Positions 1 through 9,475 of a stretch of 41,355 nucleotides of DNA are shown here, piece by piece. The notes under the pieces are model-generated. The model was not told where the DNA came from, did not search any database, and was given only the letters and a program-made list of their open reading frames with translations. The stretch spans positions 1 through 41,355 of the forward strand of contig JAIPHN010000002.1 in the NCBI GenBank assembly GCA_021735185.1. Direction: 5' to 3'. Numbering within the stretch: the first letter of the stretch is position 1; every line of letters starts with the position of its first letter. The DNA is from Candidatus Bipolaricaulota bacterium (GTDB lineage: Bacteria > Bipolaricaulota > Bipolaricaulia > M55B111). The position numbers were made by a program, and so were the translations under genes.

Positions 1-830
1 TCTGTCGGCATCGGTCCTTTGCCTACACGAGTCGTATACGCTTTCACTACACCGATGCGACGATCAACTCTAGTGGGGGATACACCGGCGCCTGTACCAA
101 TTCCTCCGATAGTCGGGTTGGAAGAAGTCACGTATGGATAAGTTCCAAAGTCTATATCCAGAAGAGTGCCCTGAGCCCCTTCAAAGATAACGGATTCGTC
201 CCCGTCAATGGCTTGATTGAGAACGGGGGAAGAATTCACAACCCTATCTTCAGTAACTAGACCCTTCAAATGGTCGACTATATCCAGAAATTTATCCTCT
301 TCTATCCTATCCAGTTCGCTTGGATCGTTCCATATTTCCTTCAAGCGTTCCAATCTATCCCGGAAGCGGTCTTCAAAATCGGAACGAAGTAAATCAATTA
401 TCCGAAACCCGCTCCGTTCAGCTTTGTCTTCGTAAGTCGGACCTATACCTCTACCGGTAGTTCCAACTTCTTCTTTGGCCTTTTCCAGGACTTCCACCAC
501 GGGATGATAAGGGGTAATTACGTGAGCGCGAGCACCAAGATATATATCGGGGTGAAAACCGCGCTCTTCCTTCAATGCGTCCAGTTCTTCAACGAGACCT
601 TCCGGATTTATGACCATTCCCGGTCCAAGTAAAACCTTGCAGGATTCGTGAAGACTTGCCGAAGGAAGATGGTGAAACTTAAAGACCCCTTCATCATCAA
701 CCACCGTATGACCAGCATTGGGCCCCCCGTTAAATCGAACTACCCAATCCGCATCCTCGCTCAATAAATCGGCGATTTTTCCCTTTCCTTCGTCTCCCCA
801 CTGCGATCCGATAATTGTAAGAGCACTCAT
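1..830 (-). CDS. purA: adenylosuccinate synthetase, N-terminal ~276 codons (the rest runs off the left edge)
   Basis: Not in the ORF track because it is open at the window edge. The reverse complement from 830 reads MSALTIIGSQWGDEGKGKIADLLSEDADWVVRFNGGPNAGHTVV. This contains the QWGDEGKGK P-loop and the GGxNAGHT motif of AdSS. An SD GGGAGGAG lies just upstream (831-840). Confidence 0.9.
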   Translation of the reverse strand, partial: MSALTIIGSQWGDEGKGKIADLLSEDADWVVRFNGGPNAGHTVVDDEGVFKFHHLPSASLHESCKVLLGPGMVINPEGLVEELDALKEERGFHPDIYLGARAHVITPYHPVVEVLEKAKEEVGTTGRGIGPTYEDKAERSGFRIIDLLRSDFEDRFRDRLERLKEIWNDPSELDRIEEDKFLDIVDHLKGLVTEDRVVNSSPVLNQAIDGDESVIFEGAQGTLLDIDFGTYPYVTSSNPTIGGIGTGAGVSPTRVDRRIGVVKAYTTRVGKGPMPT

Positions 831-1033
831 TGCTCCTCCCTTTAAATTTGATTTATTAGATCTTTCTCTATAATGCCAGGTTCATAAATAGTAATCCTTA
901 ATTAACCTGTATCTTATGCAAGTTCATTTAATATCCCATTTTTTACAGAAGGGATAGTTGCTGGTTATCCTTTTCCAAAGACCATTACCTTTTAACTCTG
1001 CCACGTCCTTACTGCCTGAGTATTCAACCAACT

Positions 1034-1597
1034 TTAATGCTCCTCGTAGTACTCCGCAAAACGAACCATAAAATCTCGCAAGAGCTCAGCGAGCTTCACC
1101 CTCTTTCCAGTTAATTCCTTCATCGTCGCAGAATTCCCTTCTATCGATTCCGGCAAACTGGAAACGGTATTATTCACGTTAATTCCAACCCCGATTATGT
1201 AATTGTCGTCGCTTTCCTGGATCAACATTCCGGCAATTTTCCCCTCACCCGCTATCAGATCATTTGGGCGAGAGATTCTTGTCTCGATACCATAATCAGC
1301 CAGTAGGTCCTTAATCAGTTTTAAAACCACAACGTAAAACTCGGCGGAAGTCGAAGTGGGCAAACAACCGACCAAAAATGAAAACCATAAACCGCCCCTG
1401 GGGGAATACCATTTTCGCTTGCCTTTTCCATGACCGTGTTTTTGCCTGGAGGCAAGCACGATAGTTCCCGGCTTTAAGTCCGAGCGATTTCTAATAAAGC
1501 TATTGGTGGAATCCAGTTCGTCTCGCCGAATAAACTCTTCCCAGAAGGACGATCGGTTGGTTAGATCTCTAATTAAATCCCAATCAGGCAAGATCAA
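1034..1597 (-). CDS. birA: biotin--protein ligase-like protein, catalytic core only (187 aa)
   Basis: HGHGKGKRKWYSPRGGLWFSF matches the BPL signature GRGRxGRxWxSPxGxLxxS. The apparent TTG start overlaps the ileS stop (TTGA at 1594-1597). The protein ends where the C-terminal beta-domain of BPLs normally begins. Confidence 0.7.
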   Translation of the reverse strand: MILPDWDLIRDLTNRSSFWEEFIRRDELDSTNSFIRNRSDLKPGTIVLASRQKHGHGKGKRKWYSPRGGLWFSFLVGCLPTSTSAEFYVVVLKLIKDLLADYGIETRISRPNDLIAGEGKIAGMLIQESDDNYIIGVGINVNNTVSSLPESIEGNSATMKELTGKRVKLAELLRDFMVRFAEYYEEH

Positions 1598-4500
1598 CCA
1601 ACCCGGTTCAAAGCTATCCTTGCTTCCTTGCCGTTTAACCCCTCCTCCGAAAAGGCGTCCGGCTTTTTCGGAAGGCTCCCGGACGTTAACTCCTGCGTCA
1701 GAGTTTCCTTCCGAAGATAATCAGCATGGCTTTTTACCGCGGAATCTATCTCTTCATCCGCGGTGTAATATAGCTCGATTCTGTCAGTGACTTCGAAACC
1801 GGCTTCTTTTCGCAGCTGCTGAACTCTCCTTATCAGTTCTCTGACATAGCCTTCCTGTTTTAGGTCTTCATCCAGACTTGTATTGAGGAGCAAGGCGTAA
1901 TCATTGTCCTCTACCCGAACAAAAGATTCTCCCGGTTTGTAACTGACTTCTACGTCCGCCGAGTCGACTGAAAACATTTCTCCTTCCAGATTTACCTCGA
2001 ACTCGCCATTTTCATCCAGGGCTTCGACAATTATTTCGTCCTCGATTTCTTCGATCCTGTCACCAATTTTTTGAGCGTTTTCCTCGAACCTGGGACCAAG
2101 TTTACTGAAATCAGGTTCAACAACTGGAACGTAATAATCCTGAAGTTTCTCTTTAAACTCGACCTCTTTTATATTTAGTTCTTCTTTCAACAGTTCGAGG
2201 GATTCGCCTGAGAGACCGTCAAAATCTTTTTTCGGCTGGACTATTAACTGGCTGAGCGGTTGTCTTACCTTGATTTCTGCTTGATTCCGAGCCTTTCTTC
2301 CCATTGCAGTCAACTTCCGTACCTCGCTCATGTGGCTTTCGAGGTCTTCATCCAGTGCGTCGGGGTCAGCTTCTGGCCAGTCCGCCAGGTGAACACTTTC
2401 CGGACCACCGGATCGGAGATTTTCGTAAAGCTCTTCGGCGAGAAACGGGGTAAACGGAGAAAATAGTTTGCTCAATTCCATCAAAGAGTTATAAAGTGTC
2501 GCATGAGCGGCCAACTTATCGTCGCCGGATTCATCGCTCCAGAACCGATCACGAGAGCAGCGAACATACCAGTTGCTCAAATCGTCAACAAAATTCTCAA
2601 TTGCAGCTGTGGCAGAAGGTACGTCGTAATCATCTAGCGATTCTGTTACCCGCTCAATGGTTTTGTTTAATCTTGAGTTTATCCATTTATCCAGCAGAGA
2701 AAGCTCGAGGTCTTCAGAATCGATCTCTTCGGGGTTAAAGTCATCGATCTCCGCATAGAGGGAGAAGAAATTATATGTATTCCTTACCGTATCGAGAAAC
2801 TTGTAGAGAACCTCTCCCGGACCATCTTCTTCCAGACGCCTGGTTTTCCAGGGAGCAGTGGAAGAGTAAAGGTACCATCTGACGGCATCTGCCCCGTACT
2901 CCTCGATCATATCCCAGGGGTCGATAACATTTCCTTTGCTTTTACTCATAGCGTTTCCCTCGGAATCCAGTCCGTACCCGGTCACCAGAACGTTCTCGAA
3001 AGAGGACTGGCCATGCAATAAAGTACTCGTTACCAGCAAAGTATAAAACCACCCTCGGGTCTGGTCCTGACCCTCGCAGATGAAGTCAGCCGGAAAGAGT
3101 CTCTGGAATTCATCATGGTTCTCGAAAGGATAGTGAAGCTGAGCCGTATGCATCGAACCGGAATCAAACCAGGTGTCGAGAACGTGTTCGACTCGCTCCA
3201 TCTTTCCCTGACAGTTTGGACAATTTAATTTTACCTCGTCTATATATGGTCGATGCATCTCCACGTTCTCCGCTAGCTCTTTATCCCGGGCGTGCTCGAC
3301 GAGTTCCTTGCGGCTGCCAATCGCCAGTTCGTGGCCACAGTCCTCACAGGTCCAGATATTCAAAGGCGTTCCCCAGTACCGATCCCGACTCAAAGCCCAA
3401 TCCTTCAAATTGTCAAGAAAATCACCAAATCGACCGTCTTTCATGTGTTCCGGGTGCCAGTTTATAGCTTGATTATTCTCGATTATTTCATCTTTTTTGT
3501 CGGTCGTCTCGATATACCAGGAATCCAGGGCAAAATACAGTAACGGAGTATCACAGCGCCAGCAGAAAGGATATTCGTGCTCGTAACTTTCGTGGCGAAG
3601 GAGACAATCGCGTTTTTCCAGGTCCTGAACGATCTCATCATCCGCGTCTTTGACGAACTCGCCTTCGGCGAAAGGGAATTTATCTGTGAATTTTCCATTG
3701 AGGTTAAGCGGCTGGACGAACGGTATCCCTTTCTTTTCCCCAAGCTCCGCGTCCTCTTCCCCAAAGGAAGGAGCGACGTGTACTATTCCCGTACCTTCAT
3801 CCAGAGTTACAAAGTCGGCATTATGAACCACGTAAGCATCTTCGTCTTCGGAAAGACGGTAAGGTGGATCGTAGCTCAAGCCGACTAATTCCTCACCACT
3901 AAACTCATCAATCGTTTCGTAATCCGGACCAAGAACTTTGTCCAGAAGGGCTTTTGCCATTACCAACTTTTCCCCGTGAACCTCCACCTTCGCGTACCAG
4001 AGTTCGTCGCTGACGGCAAGAGCAGTATTGGAAGGAATCGTCCATGGCGTCGTAGTCCAGGCCAGAAGGCTTAAGCCATCTTCCCCCTCGATAGGAAATT
4101 TGACAAAGATCGACGGATCCTCAGTCATCTCGTAGCCCTGAGCGACTTCGTGGGAAGAGAGTCCGGTACCACAGCGCGGGCAATAGGGAAGCACTTTGTG
4201 ACCCTTATAGAGCAAGCCCTGTTCCCAGATATTCTTGAGCTCCCACCAAAGTGTTTCTATGTAATCATCTTCGTAAGTAATATATGGGTCGTCCAGATCA
4301 ATCCAGAACCCCATTCGTTCGATCATCCTTTCCCATTCCTGTTTGTACTCCCAGACACTCTCCTTGCACTTTTCAACGAAGTTCTCTATCCCGTACTCCT
4401 CGATCTCTTCCTTGTTTTCCAGCCCCAGGTCTTTCTCAACCTCCAGCTCAACCGGAAGCCCGTGAGTATCCCAGCCACCTTTTCTCTCCACATGATACCC

Positions 4501-4725
4501 CTGCATAGCTTTATATCGAGGGAATAGGTCCTTATAAACTCGGGCCATCAGATGCCCAAAATGGGGTTTTCCATTTGCAGTCGGCGGTCCCTCGTAGAAA
4601 ACCCATTCCTCGTTGCCTTCAGCCTGTTCTACGCTACGCTGGAAAACTTCCTCTTCTTCCCAGAAACCCATAACCTCTTTTTCGCGCTCAAGAGGATCTT
4701 CCGTCAAATCACCGTAAGTCGGCAT
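1594..4725 (-). CDS. ileS: isoleucyl-tRNA synthetase (long, type-2-like, 1043 aa)
   Basis: Class I motifs are present: PPTANGKPHFGH (HIGH region) and AMSKSKGN (KMSKS region). An editing insertion and Cys-rich CPRCGT / CPNCQG segments are also seen. SD GGAGG lies upstream of the ATG at 4725. Confidence 0.95.
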   Translation of the reverse strand: MPTYGDLTEDPLEREKEVMGFWEEEEVFQRSVEQAEGNEEWVFYEGPPTANGKPHFGHLMARVYKDLFPRYKAMQGYHVERKGGWDTHGLPVELEVEKDLGLENKEEIEEYGIENFVEKCKESVWEYKQEWERMIERMGFWIDLDDPYITYEDDYIETLWWELKNIWEQGLLYKGHKVLPYCPRCGTGLSSHEVAQGYEMTEDPSIFVKFPIEGEDGLSLLAWTTTPWTIPSNTALAVSDELWYAKVEVHGEKLVMAKALLDKVLGPDYETIDEFSGEELVGLSYDPPYRLSEDEDAYVVHNADFVTLDEGTGIVHVAPSFGEEDAELGEKKGIPFVQPLNLNGKFTDKFPFAEGEFVKDADDEIVQDLEKRDCLLRHESYEHEYPFCWRCDTPLLYFALDSWYIETTDKKDEIIENNQAINWHPEHMKDGRFGDFLDNLKDWALSRDRYWGTPLNIWTCEDCGHELAIGSRKELVEHARDKELAENVEMHRPYIDEVKLNCPNCQGKMERVEHVLDTWFDSGSMHTAQLHYPFENHDEFQRLFPADFICEGQDQTRGWFYTLLVTSTLLHGQSSFENVLVTGYGLDSEGNAMSKSKGNVIDPWDMIEEYGADAVRWYLYSSTAPWKTRRLEEDGPGEVLYKFLDTVRNTYNFFSLYAEIDDFNPEEIDSEDLELSLLDKWINSRLNKTIERVTESLDDYDVPSATAAIENFVDDLSNWYVRCSRDRFWSDESGDDKLAAHATLYNSLMELSKLFSPFTPFLAEELYENLRSGGPESVHLADWPEADPDALDEDLESHMSEVRKLTAMGRKARNQAEIKVRQPLSQLIVQPKKDFDGLSGESLELLKEELNIKEVEFKEKLQDYYVPVVEPDFSKLGPRFEENAQKIGDRIEEIEDEIIVEALDENGEFEVNLEGEMFSVDSADVEVSYKPGESFVRVEDNDYALLLNTSLDEDLKQEGYVRELIRRVQQLRKEAGFEVTDRIELYYTADEEIDSAVKSHADYLRKETLTQELTSGSLPKKPDAFSEEGLNGKEARIALNRVG

Positions 4726-4849
4726 AACTACCTCCGTTAATTTTCGCCTCCGTGGGTCGATACTTAAAACATATTAAAATATATCCAAGACAAATGATTA
4801 TCTTACAAATTCAGCCCAGTGATAATCAATCTTTTTCAGAAACCTTTGA

Positions 4850-4921
4850 ATTTTTAATTCAAAAAGTTCACAGTCAAACTTGCTAATTTTCTTAGAACTA
4901 TAGCCAGTTAGTGGGTTGGAT
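4850..4921 (+). repeat. interspersed intergenic element, partial copy F (tail module)
   Basis: CAGTTAGTG (4905-4913) followed by TTGG (4916-4919) matches the copy A1 tail CAGTTAGTGTTGG. CTTAGAACTA matches CTAGAACTA in copy E. TTCAAAAAG matches TTCAAAAACG in copy D. Confidence 0.4.
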
Positions 4922-5414
4922 CATCAAATTCGTGGCCAGGCACCCAATCCGTGAATTATTTTCAAGCAAAACAAAACCCTCTAATCCCAGGGTGATCAAT
5001 AAAATCCAGAAAATAATATTAGATCGAAAAAAACATATCAATACAACAAAACATCAGAGGGTATCCAATCCCGAGTTTCAGACGGAAAACATCTTATTAA
5101 CAACACTTAAGCCCGACAGGGAAATCACGAGTACGAAAATGTAACACTGTTTTAAGTGCCAGGAAATCGCTCAACTTCGTACTCAAAGTCATATTACTGC
5201 ATCCAGGCACCGGAGTGTAAAAAGAGGTTAAATTGTGTAAAAACGCTGAATGGATAAATAAAGTAATGGACGATGTATTACCCCTTAAAAATCAAACCCA
5301 AACAGTTATTTGTCATCCCAATCAAAATATTCTTCCACGTAATTCCCCAAAAAACATGCTCAACTAATCCCCGCTAAAGCGCGAACTTGCTTTATTGAAG
5401 TTGACTATTTTTTG

Positions 5415-7058
5415 CTAGGCCAGGTATCCGAGACCTTCCAGTCTTTCTCGAATCTCTTCGTCGTTATCTTCTTCGCTTTTTTTCTCTGATTTTCCTGGTA
5501 ATGTCATATCAGCATAGTTCGGACTATTACTTTTCCAGAATTCGTCGGAGAATACCTCTTGTCTCGGAGAACCGTCCATATAGGTTGGAATATCAAGTCC
5601 CAGAGTGTGTAGAGCTATCGGTGCCGGATCGGTAATATTCAGACCATCTACTTCCTTACCCCTTCCGTAGCTTGGTCCGTACCCGGCAAATATTCCGTTC
5701 ATTCTATGAGTACCAGTAATTGCAAAGGCTGGGATTATCGGGTCCATCGTCTTAAATACGGTTAGACCACCCGTGTCGGTTTTGAGATCCTTTGTCAAAA
5801 AAAGTATATCCGGTCCCCGGGGGGATTTTGGGCCTTGATAAACTTCCTCGTTCTTCATTGTCTTTTCTATAACTCGCTCTCCGGTATAAGGGTTTTTTAT
5901 ACTTCGAAGGTCCTGCATGATTTCTTCCCGAACCATTTTTGCCTCCTCCGGGAGCAAGCAACCCTGCTTTTCTCTGCCCTTAATGTTCAACCGCAACGCT
6001 CCAGTCACTCCGCCCCGAGAATAAGCTTTTGTGTTTTTCCAATCCACGTCATTTAACGAAAGGAACATCTTTCCCAGAATATCGCTAAAACCCTCCATTT
6101 CCCATTCGTTCCCGCGAGCCAGTGGTCCAAGCAAATCACCTATTTTGTATAAGTTTTTCTGGTTTAATCCAAGCTCCGAAGCTGCTCGTTTTATCCTTAT
6201 CCCGGCCGATTCTTTGAGCTCGAGATAACCCTCCTGAAGCAGCCAGCTATTTACGTTAAATATCCATTTAAGAGGACCAAACCCGTGGTCGGATACCAGC
6301 ATTACGTCCGTATTTTCCCTCGCCGTCGAGTTGTAAATCTTTTTGATAGCTTGCTCCACTCTCTGGTAAACTTCCAGTACCGGATTCGACCCATCATTAG
6401 CATCAGAGTCGCTCTTATGAAATAAGTGATGATTGACTGTATCGGTTTCCATAAAATAAACCATCGAAACATCCCATCCTCTCGAAGAAAGGAGGTGAAG
6501 GGCAACCTCTTCTTTGTTCTGGATCGATCCCTTGAGTTCTTCGATCCACTGCTTGTTATTAATTGCCATTTCCGCGTGGGTCGGGGCAAATCTATAATGA
6601 CCAACTTTCTCTTCAATCGATTCCCCCAATCCGGGCGGATAAGCGTAATCATCGGCCTCTTTTGGAGTTAAAACTCCAGTGGTCATGAAACCATTGATTT
6701 CTCTAGGAGGATAAGTAACTGGTACTCCGATAACACCTGATTGTTTCCCGGATTCACTTATAAGTTCCCAGAGCGTCTTGGTCTTTATGGATGAAGCATC
6801 AACCATCCCTTCGCCGTAATTTTCTCCCCCCGAACCGCCCCAGTCAAAAACGCCGTGTTTCCCGGGGTTTACTCCTGTTTGAAAGGTAGACCAGGCTGGA
6901 CCCGTGAGCGGGGGTATAGTGCTTGTCATCTCCCCCCTAACACCCTGATTGATCAGTTTATTCAGGAACGGAAGTTTTCCCTGTTCGAACCATTGATCCA
7001 GAAGATCAAAAGTAGCACCGTCCAAACCAAATATCAATAACTCTTTTTTTGCTGACAT
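5415..7058 (-). CDS. alkaline-phosphatase-superfamily type I phosphodiesterase/nucleotide pyrophosphatase family protein
   Basis: LLIFGLDGATFDLL is the N-terminal metal-ligand block typical of this family, and a VSDHGF block is also present. I prefer the ATG at 7058 (MSAKKELLIFGLDG, preceded by GGAAGAGGGG) over the track start at 7133. Confidence 0.7.
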   Translation of the reverse strand: MSAKKELLIFGLDGATFDLLDQWFEQGKLPFLNKLINQGVRGEMTSTIPPLTGPAWSTFQTGVNPGKHGVFDWGGSGGENYGEGMVDASSIKTKTLWELISESGKQSGVIGVPVTYPPREINGFMTTGVLTPKEADDYAYPPGLGESIEEKVGHYRFAPTHAEMAINNKQWIEELKGSIQNKEEVALHLLSSRGWDVSMVYFMETDTVNHHLFHKSDSDANDGSNPVLEVYQRVEQAIKKIYNSTARENTDVMLVSDHGFGPLKWIFNVNSWLLQEGYLELKESAGIRIKRAASELGLNQKNLYKIGDLLGPLARGNEWEMEGFSDILGKMFLSLNDVDWKNTKAYSRGGVTGALRLNIKGREKQGCLLPEEAKMVREEIMQDLRSIKNPYTGERVIEKTMKNEEVYQGPKSPRGPDILFLTKDLKTDTGGLTVFKTMDPIIPAFAITGTHRMNGIFAGYGPSYGRGKEVDGLNITDPAPIALHTLGLDIPTYMDGSPRQEVFSDEFWKSNSPNYADMTLPGKSEKKSEEDNDEEIRERLEGLGYLA

Positions 7059-7349
7059 TTTTCCCCTCTTCCAATGTTCAAGTAAAACTATTAAAGACCG
7101 AGAAAGGTTAACTGTTTGAGGGTCAACTATCAAAGTAACTTCTCCCCCGAAAAAGTTTTAGTTCGTTGTCTACCAAATATATATCCTGAAATCTTTGCCT
7201 GACTTCGACACCTCATCAAATTCTTGCGTGGACCCGACCGGATTGGATAAAGAAAAATCGGTATTCATAGTTACTTTTGTTTTCGCTTTGTTGAGACCTT
7301 TAGTTGCCACATTATTGCTCACCCCTTAACCTCGATATCGCTTCTTACC

Positions 7350-7976
7350 ATGAAAAAAGAAAAAATCATATTTGACCTGGACGGTGTACTTCTCGACTCC
7401 GAAGGCGACTTAGAATGGCTGGATCGGGCAATAAGGAAGGCTCTGAAAGAAATTGGGGTACCAACCACCAGGAAAAATATCGAAAAACTATATCCGGGAG
7501 GGCTAAGTAATTTTCGCGAATTAGTAGCGCACTTTCCCGTTCCCCCTGAAGAAGCCTGGCAAATCAGAGACAAATATTACGTCAGGGAAAAGCTAAAAAT
7601 GATTGAGGAAGGAAAGCTCAAGCCATTTTCGGACGTAGAACAGCTCTACAAATTGAAAAAGAGTTACTCGCTCGGCGTTATCAGCAATTCCCCCGCTGTT
7701 ATAGTTGATCATTTCGTAAAATATTACGAGTTCGAGGACCTGTTTCAGGACTGGGTCGGTAGAGGTTCTGAACTTGCCGACCTGGAAAAGATCAAGCCCT
7801 CCACACATTTCTTCCGGGAGATTCGCGCAGAGATGGGTCAGGGGAAATACACCTACATTGGTGATAGAAAAAGCGATAAGGAGTTTGCGAAAAATTCAGG
7901 GATGGAATTCATTTACCTTGCGAGGGGCGGGAAGGGCTTCGACAATCTGATTGATCTAGTCTCTCATCTACTCTGA
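7350..7976 (+). CDS. HAD-superfamily hydrolase
   Basis: HAD motif I is present (IIFDLDGVLLDS). A later GDRKSD block fits motif IV. Size is 208 aa. Confidence 0.75.
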   Translation: MKKEKIIFDLDGVLLDSEGDLEWLDRAIRKALKEIGVPTTRKNIEKLYPGGLSNFRELVAHFPVPPEEAWQIRDKYYVREKLKMIEEGKLKPFSDVEQLYKLKKSYSLGVISNSPAVIVDHFVKYYEFEDLFQDWVGRGSELADLEKIKPSTHFFREIRAEMGQGKYTYIGDRKSDKEFAKNSGMEFIYLARGGKGFDNLIDLVSHLL

Positions 7977-7987
7977 TTTTCTTATAT

Positions 7988-8959
7988 TTAATCCCACAGA
8001 TCGTATAGTTCGTCTCTTACGGGCTCCTCGTAAACCTGGTTATCAATTTCCAGTCTGGCTTCTTTCGCCTTTCGAGCTTCACCGATTACGGTCGCCGGTA
8101 TACTTTCTTGCCGGAGGAGGTCGAGAACTTCTTCGACTTCAGCAGCCATAACGCTCGCTATGAGTGCTCCCGAGCCAAATATCCTAAGTGGGTCCACGCC
8201 CATAGCACTGCAAATCTTTTTCGTATCGGAATTTACTATAATTTTATCGGAGTCAACTTCCAGAGCCATCCCCGAAGCAACAGCCAGCTCCAGGAGGCCA
8301 TCTATAATACCCCCTTCCGTCGGATCATGCATTGCGTTGGCGTAATCCCGGAAAAGCAATCCTTCCGGCAACACGCTCAATTGCTCCATCCGTTTTTCTC
8401 CACTTTCGATAATTTCGGCCGGAAGCTTTTCTTTCAGTTCGTCCGTAAAGTCAGTCGCAATAATTCCAGTTCCCTCTATTGCAGCTCCCTTAGTCAGTAT
8501 CAACTGATCCCCGGGTTTTACTCCACCAGTAGATATATAGTTTTCTGTCAGACCAAAACAGGTAAGGGCCAGAAAAGGGCGGGATATCTCGGGAACGTAC
8601 TCGGAATGACCACCGACTACAGCTATTCCCAGGTCTTTTGCAGTCCGGTCAACTTGCCGAGAAATAGTTTCCAGATCATTATCATCTCTATTCGGTAATA
8701 AATACGTGACCGTCATCCAGTCCGGTTCTGCTCCGGAAGCGGCGATATCGTTACTGGCAATATTGACCCCCAGAGTACCTATACGATCGGCCGCATAAAT
8801 AATCGGATCAGAATTTATCACCAGTACCTGCTCGCCGATATCAATTGCAGCAGTATCCTCTCCATAGGCCGGTCCTACCTGAACATCGCTGTTCACCGCA
8901 CCTATCCTGTTAAAAACGTATTTTTTTAGTTCTTCTGGATTTACCTTTCCCAGCATCAA
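7988..8959 (-). CDS. AIR-synthase-related (PurM/HypE/ThiL-fold) protein
   Basis: GEDTAAI...NSDP...ASNDIAASGAEP...VVGGHSE is the pattern of the PurM-like ATP-binding superfamily. The specific function cannot be assigned from sequence alone. Confidence 0.65.
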   Translation of the reverse strand: MMLGKVNPEELKKYVFNRIGAVNSDVQVGPAYGEDTAAIDIGEQVLVINSDPIIYAADRIGTLGVNIASNDIAASGAEPDWMTVTYLLPNRDDNDLETISRQVDRTAKDLGIAVVGGHSEYVPEISRPFLALTCFGLTENYISTGGVKPGDQLILTKGAAIEGTGIIATDFTDELKEKLPAEIIESGEKRMEQLSVLPEGLLFRDYANAMHDPTEGGIIDGLLELAVASGMALEVDSDKIIVNSDTKKICSAMGVDPLRIFGSGALIASVMAAEVEEVLDLLRQESIPATVIGEARKAKEARLEIDNQVYEEPVRDELYDLWD

Positions 8960-9071
8960 ATATCACCCCGGTTGCTCTGCTATCTTAGGAGAAATCCTGG
9001 AACTTTAAAAGATTGGAGCCGCTTATATTAGCCTCTGATTATTATCTCTTTAGCCCAGATTTTAAAATTGC

Positions 9072-9095
9072 TATGTAATTGAGTATGTAATTGAG
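9072..9095. repeat. perfect tandem direct repeat TATGTAATTGAG x2
   Basis: Read directly: 9072-9083 and 9084-9095 are identical 12-mers. They lie 113-136 nt upstream of the minus-strand AIR-synthase-like gene start (8959). Confidence 0.9.
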
Positions 9096-9122
9096 ATAGA
9101 TTGGCCTGATACAAGAGGAGAA

Positions 9123-9267
9123 CAGGGCTTTACGTCTTTTTTTTCGATGCTTTTATTGAACTACCGATTCAAGCATTATAAAAGTTTGCCAGTTGGATCA
9201 GCTGTCCAGCAAACATCAGGGGCCCCTGTCGTTAACTTATTTCTAGAACTAGTGAGTTTTTTGGAGG
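9123..9267 (+). repeat. interspersed intergenic element, copy E (diverged)
   Basis: CAGGGCTT...TTTTTTCGATGCTTTTATTGAAC aligns with A1 CGGGGCTT...TTTTTTCGGTCTTTTACAAC. TTTGCCAGTTGG..GTCCAGCA aligns with copy C TTTGCAACCAGGAGTTGGTCCAGCA. The tail is TAGTG..TTGG. Confidence 0.55.
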
Positions 9268-9475
9268 AACTATATAGAGGATCAAATAAGTGATGAAAGA
9301 AAACCGGCTAAAAAAGCTCTCAATTTTTCCGTTTGAAAATAACTACCTACAACTTAAAACAGCTATTCAACCTATCTCCGGCGTGAAAATCGCGAAACAG
9401 TCAAATGACCCCGTAAGCCAACCGTTAAATCTCCGGTGCCTGTTTATTAGAGAAATATAATCTCCGGATTATTAA

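Noticed and set aside
831-1033. The missing BirA C-terminal domain encoded downstream in another frame (a frameshifted gene)
   Set aside because: The only open stretch (about 36 codons, KLVEYSGSKDVAELKGNGLWKRITSNYPFCKKWDIK) lacks the G..V...G.a.gID..G.L...GE.SLR pattern of BPL C-terminal domains.
4726-5000. T-box leader upstream of ileS
   Set aside because: The minus-strand reading shows no T-box consensus (..GGGTGGTACCGCG..) and no specifier-loop or terminator-antiterminator arrangement. GGGTGCCTGGCCACG is only a superficial resemblance.
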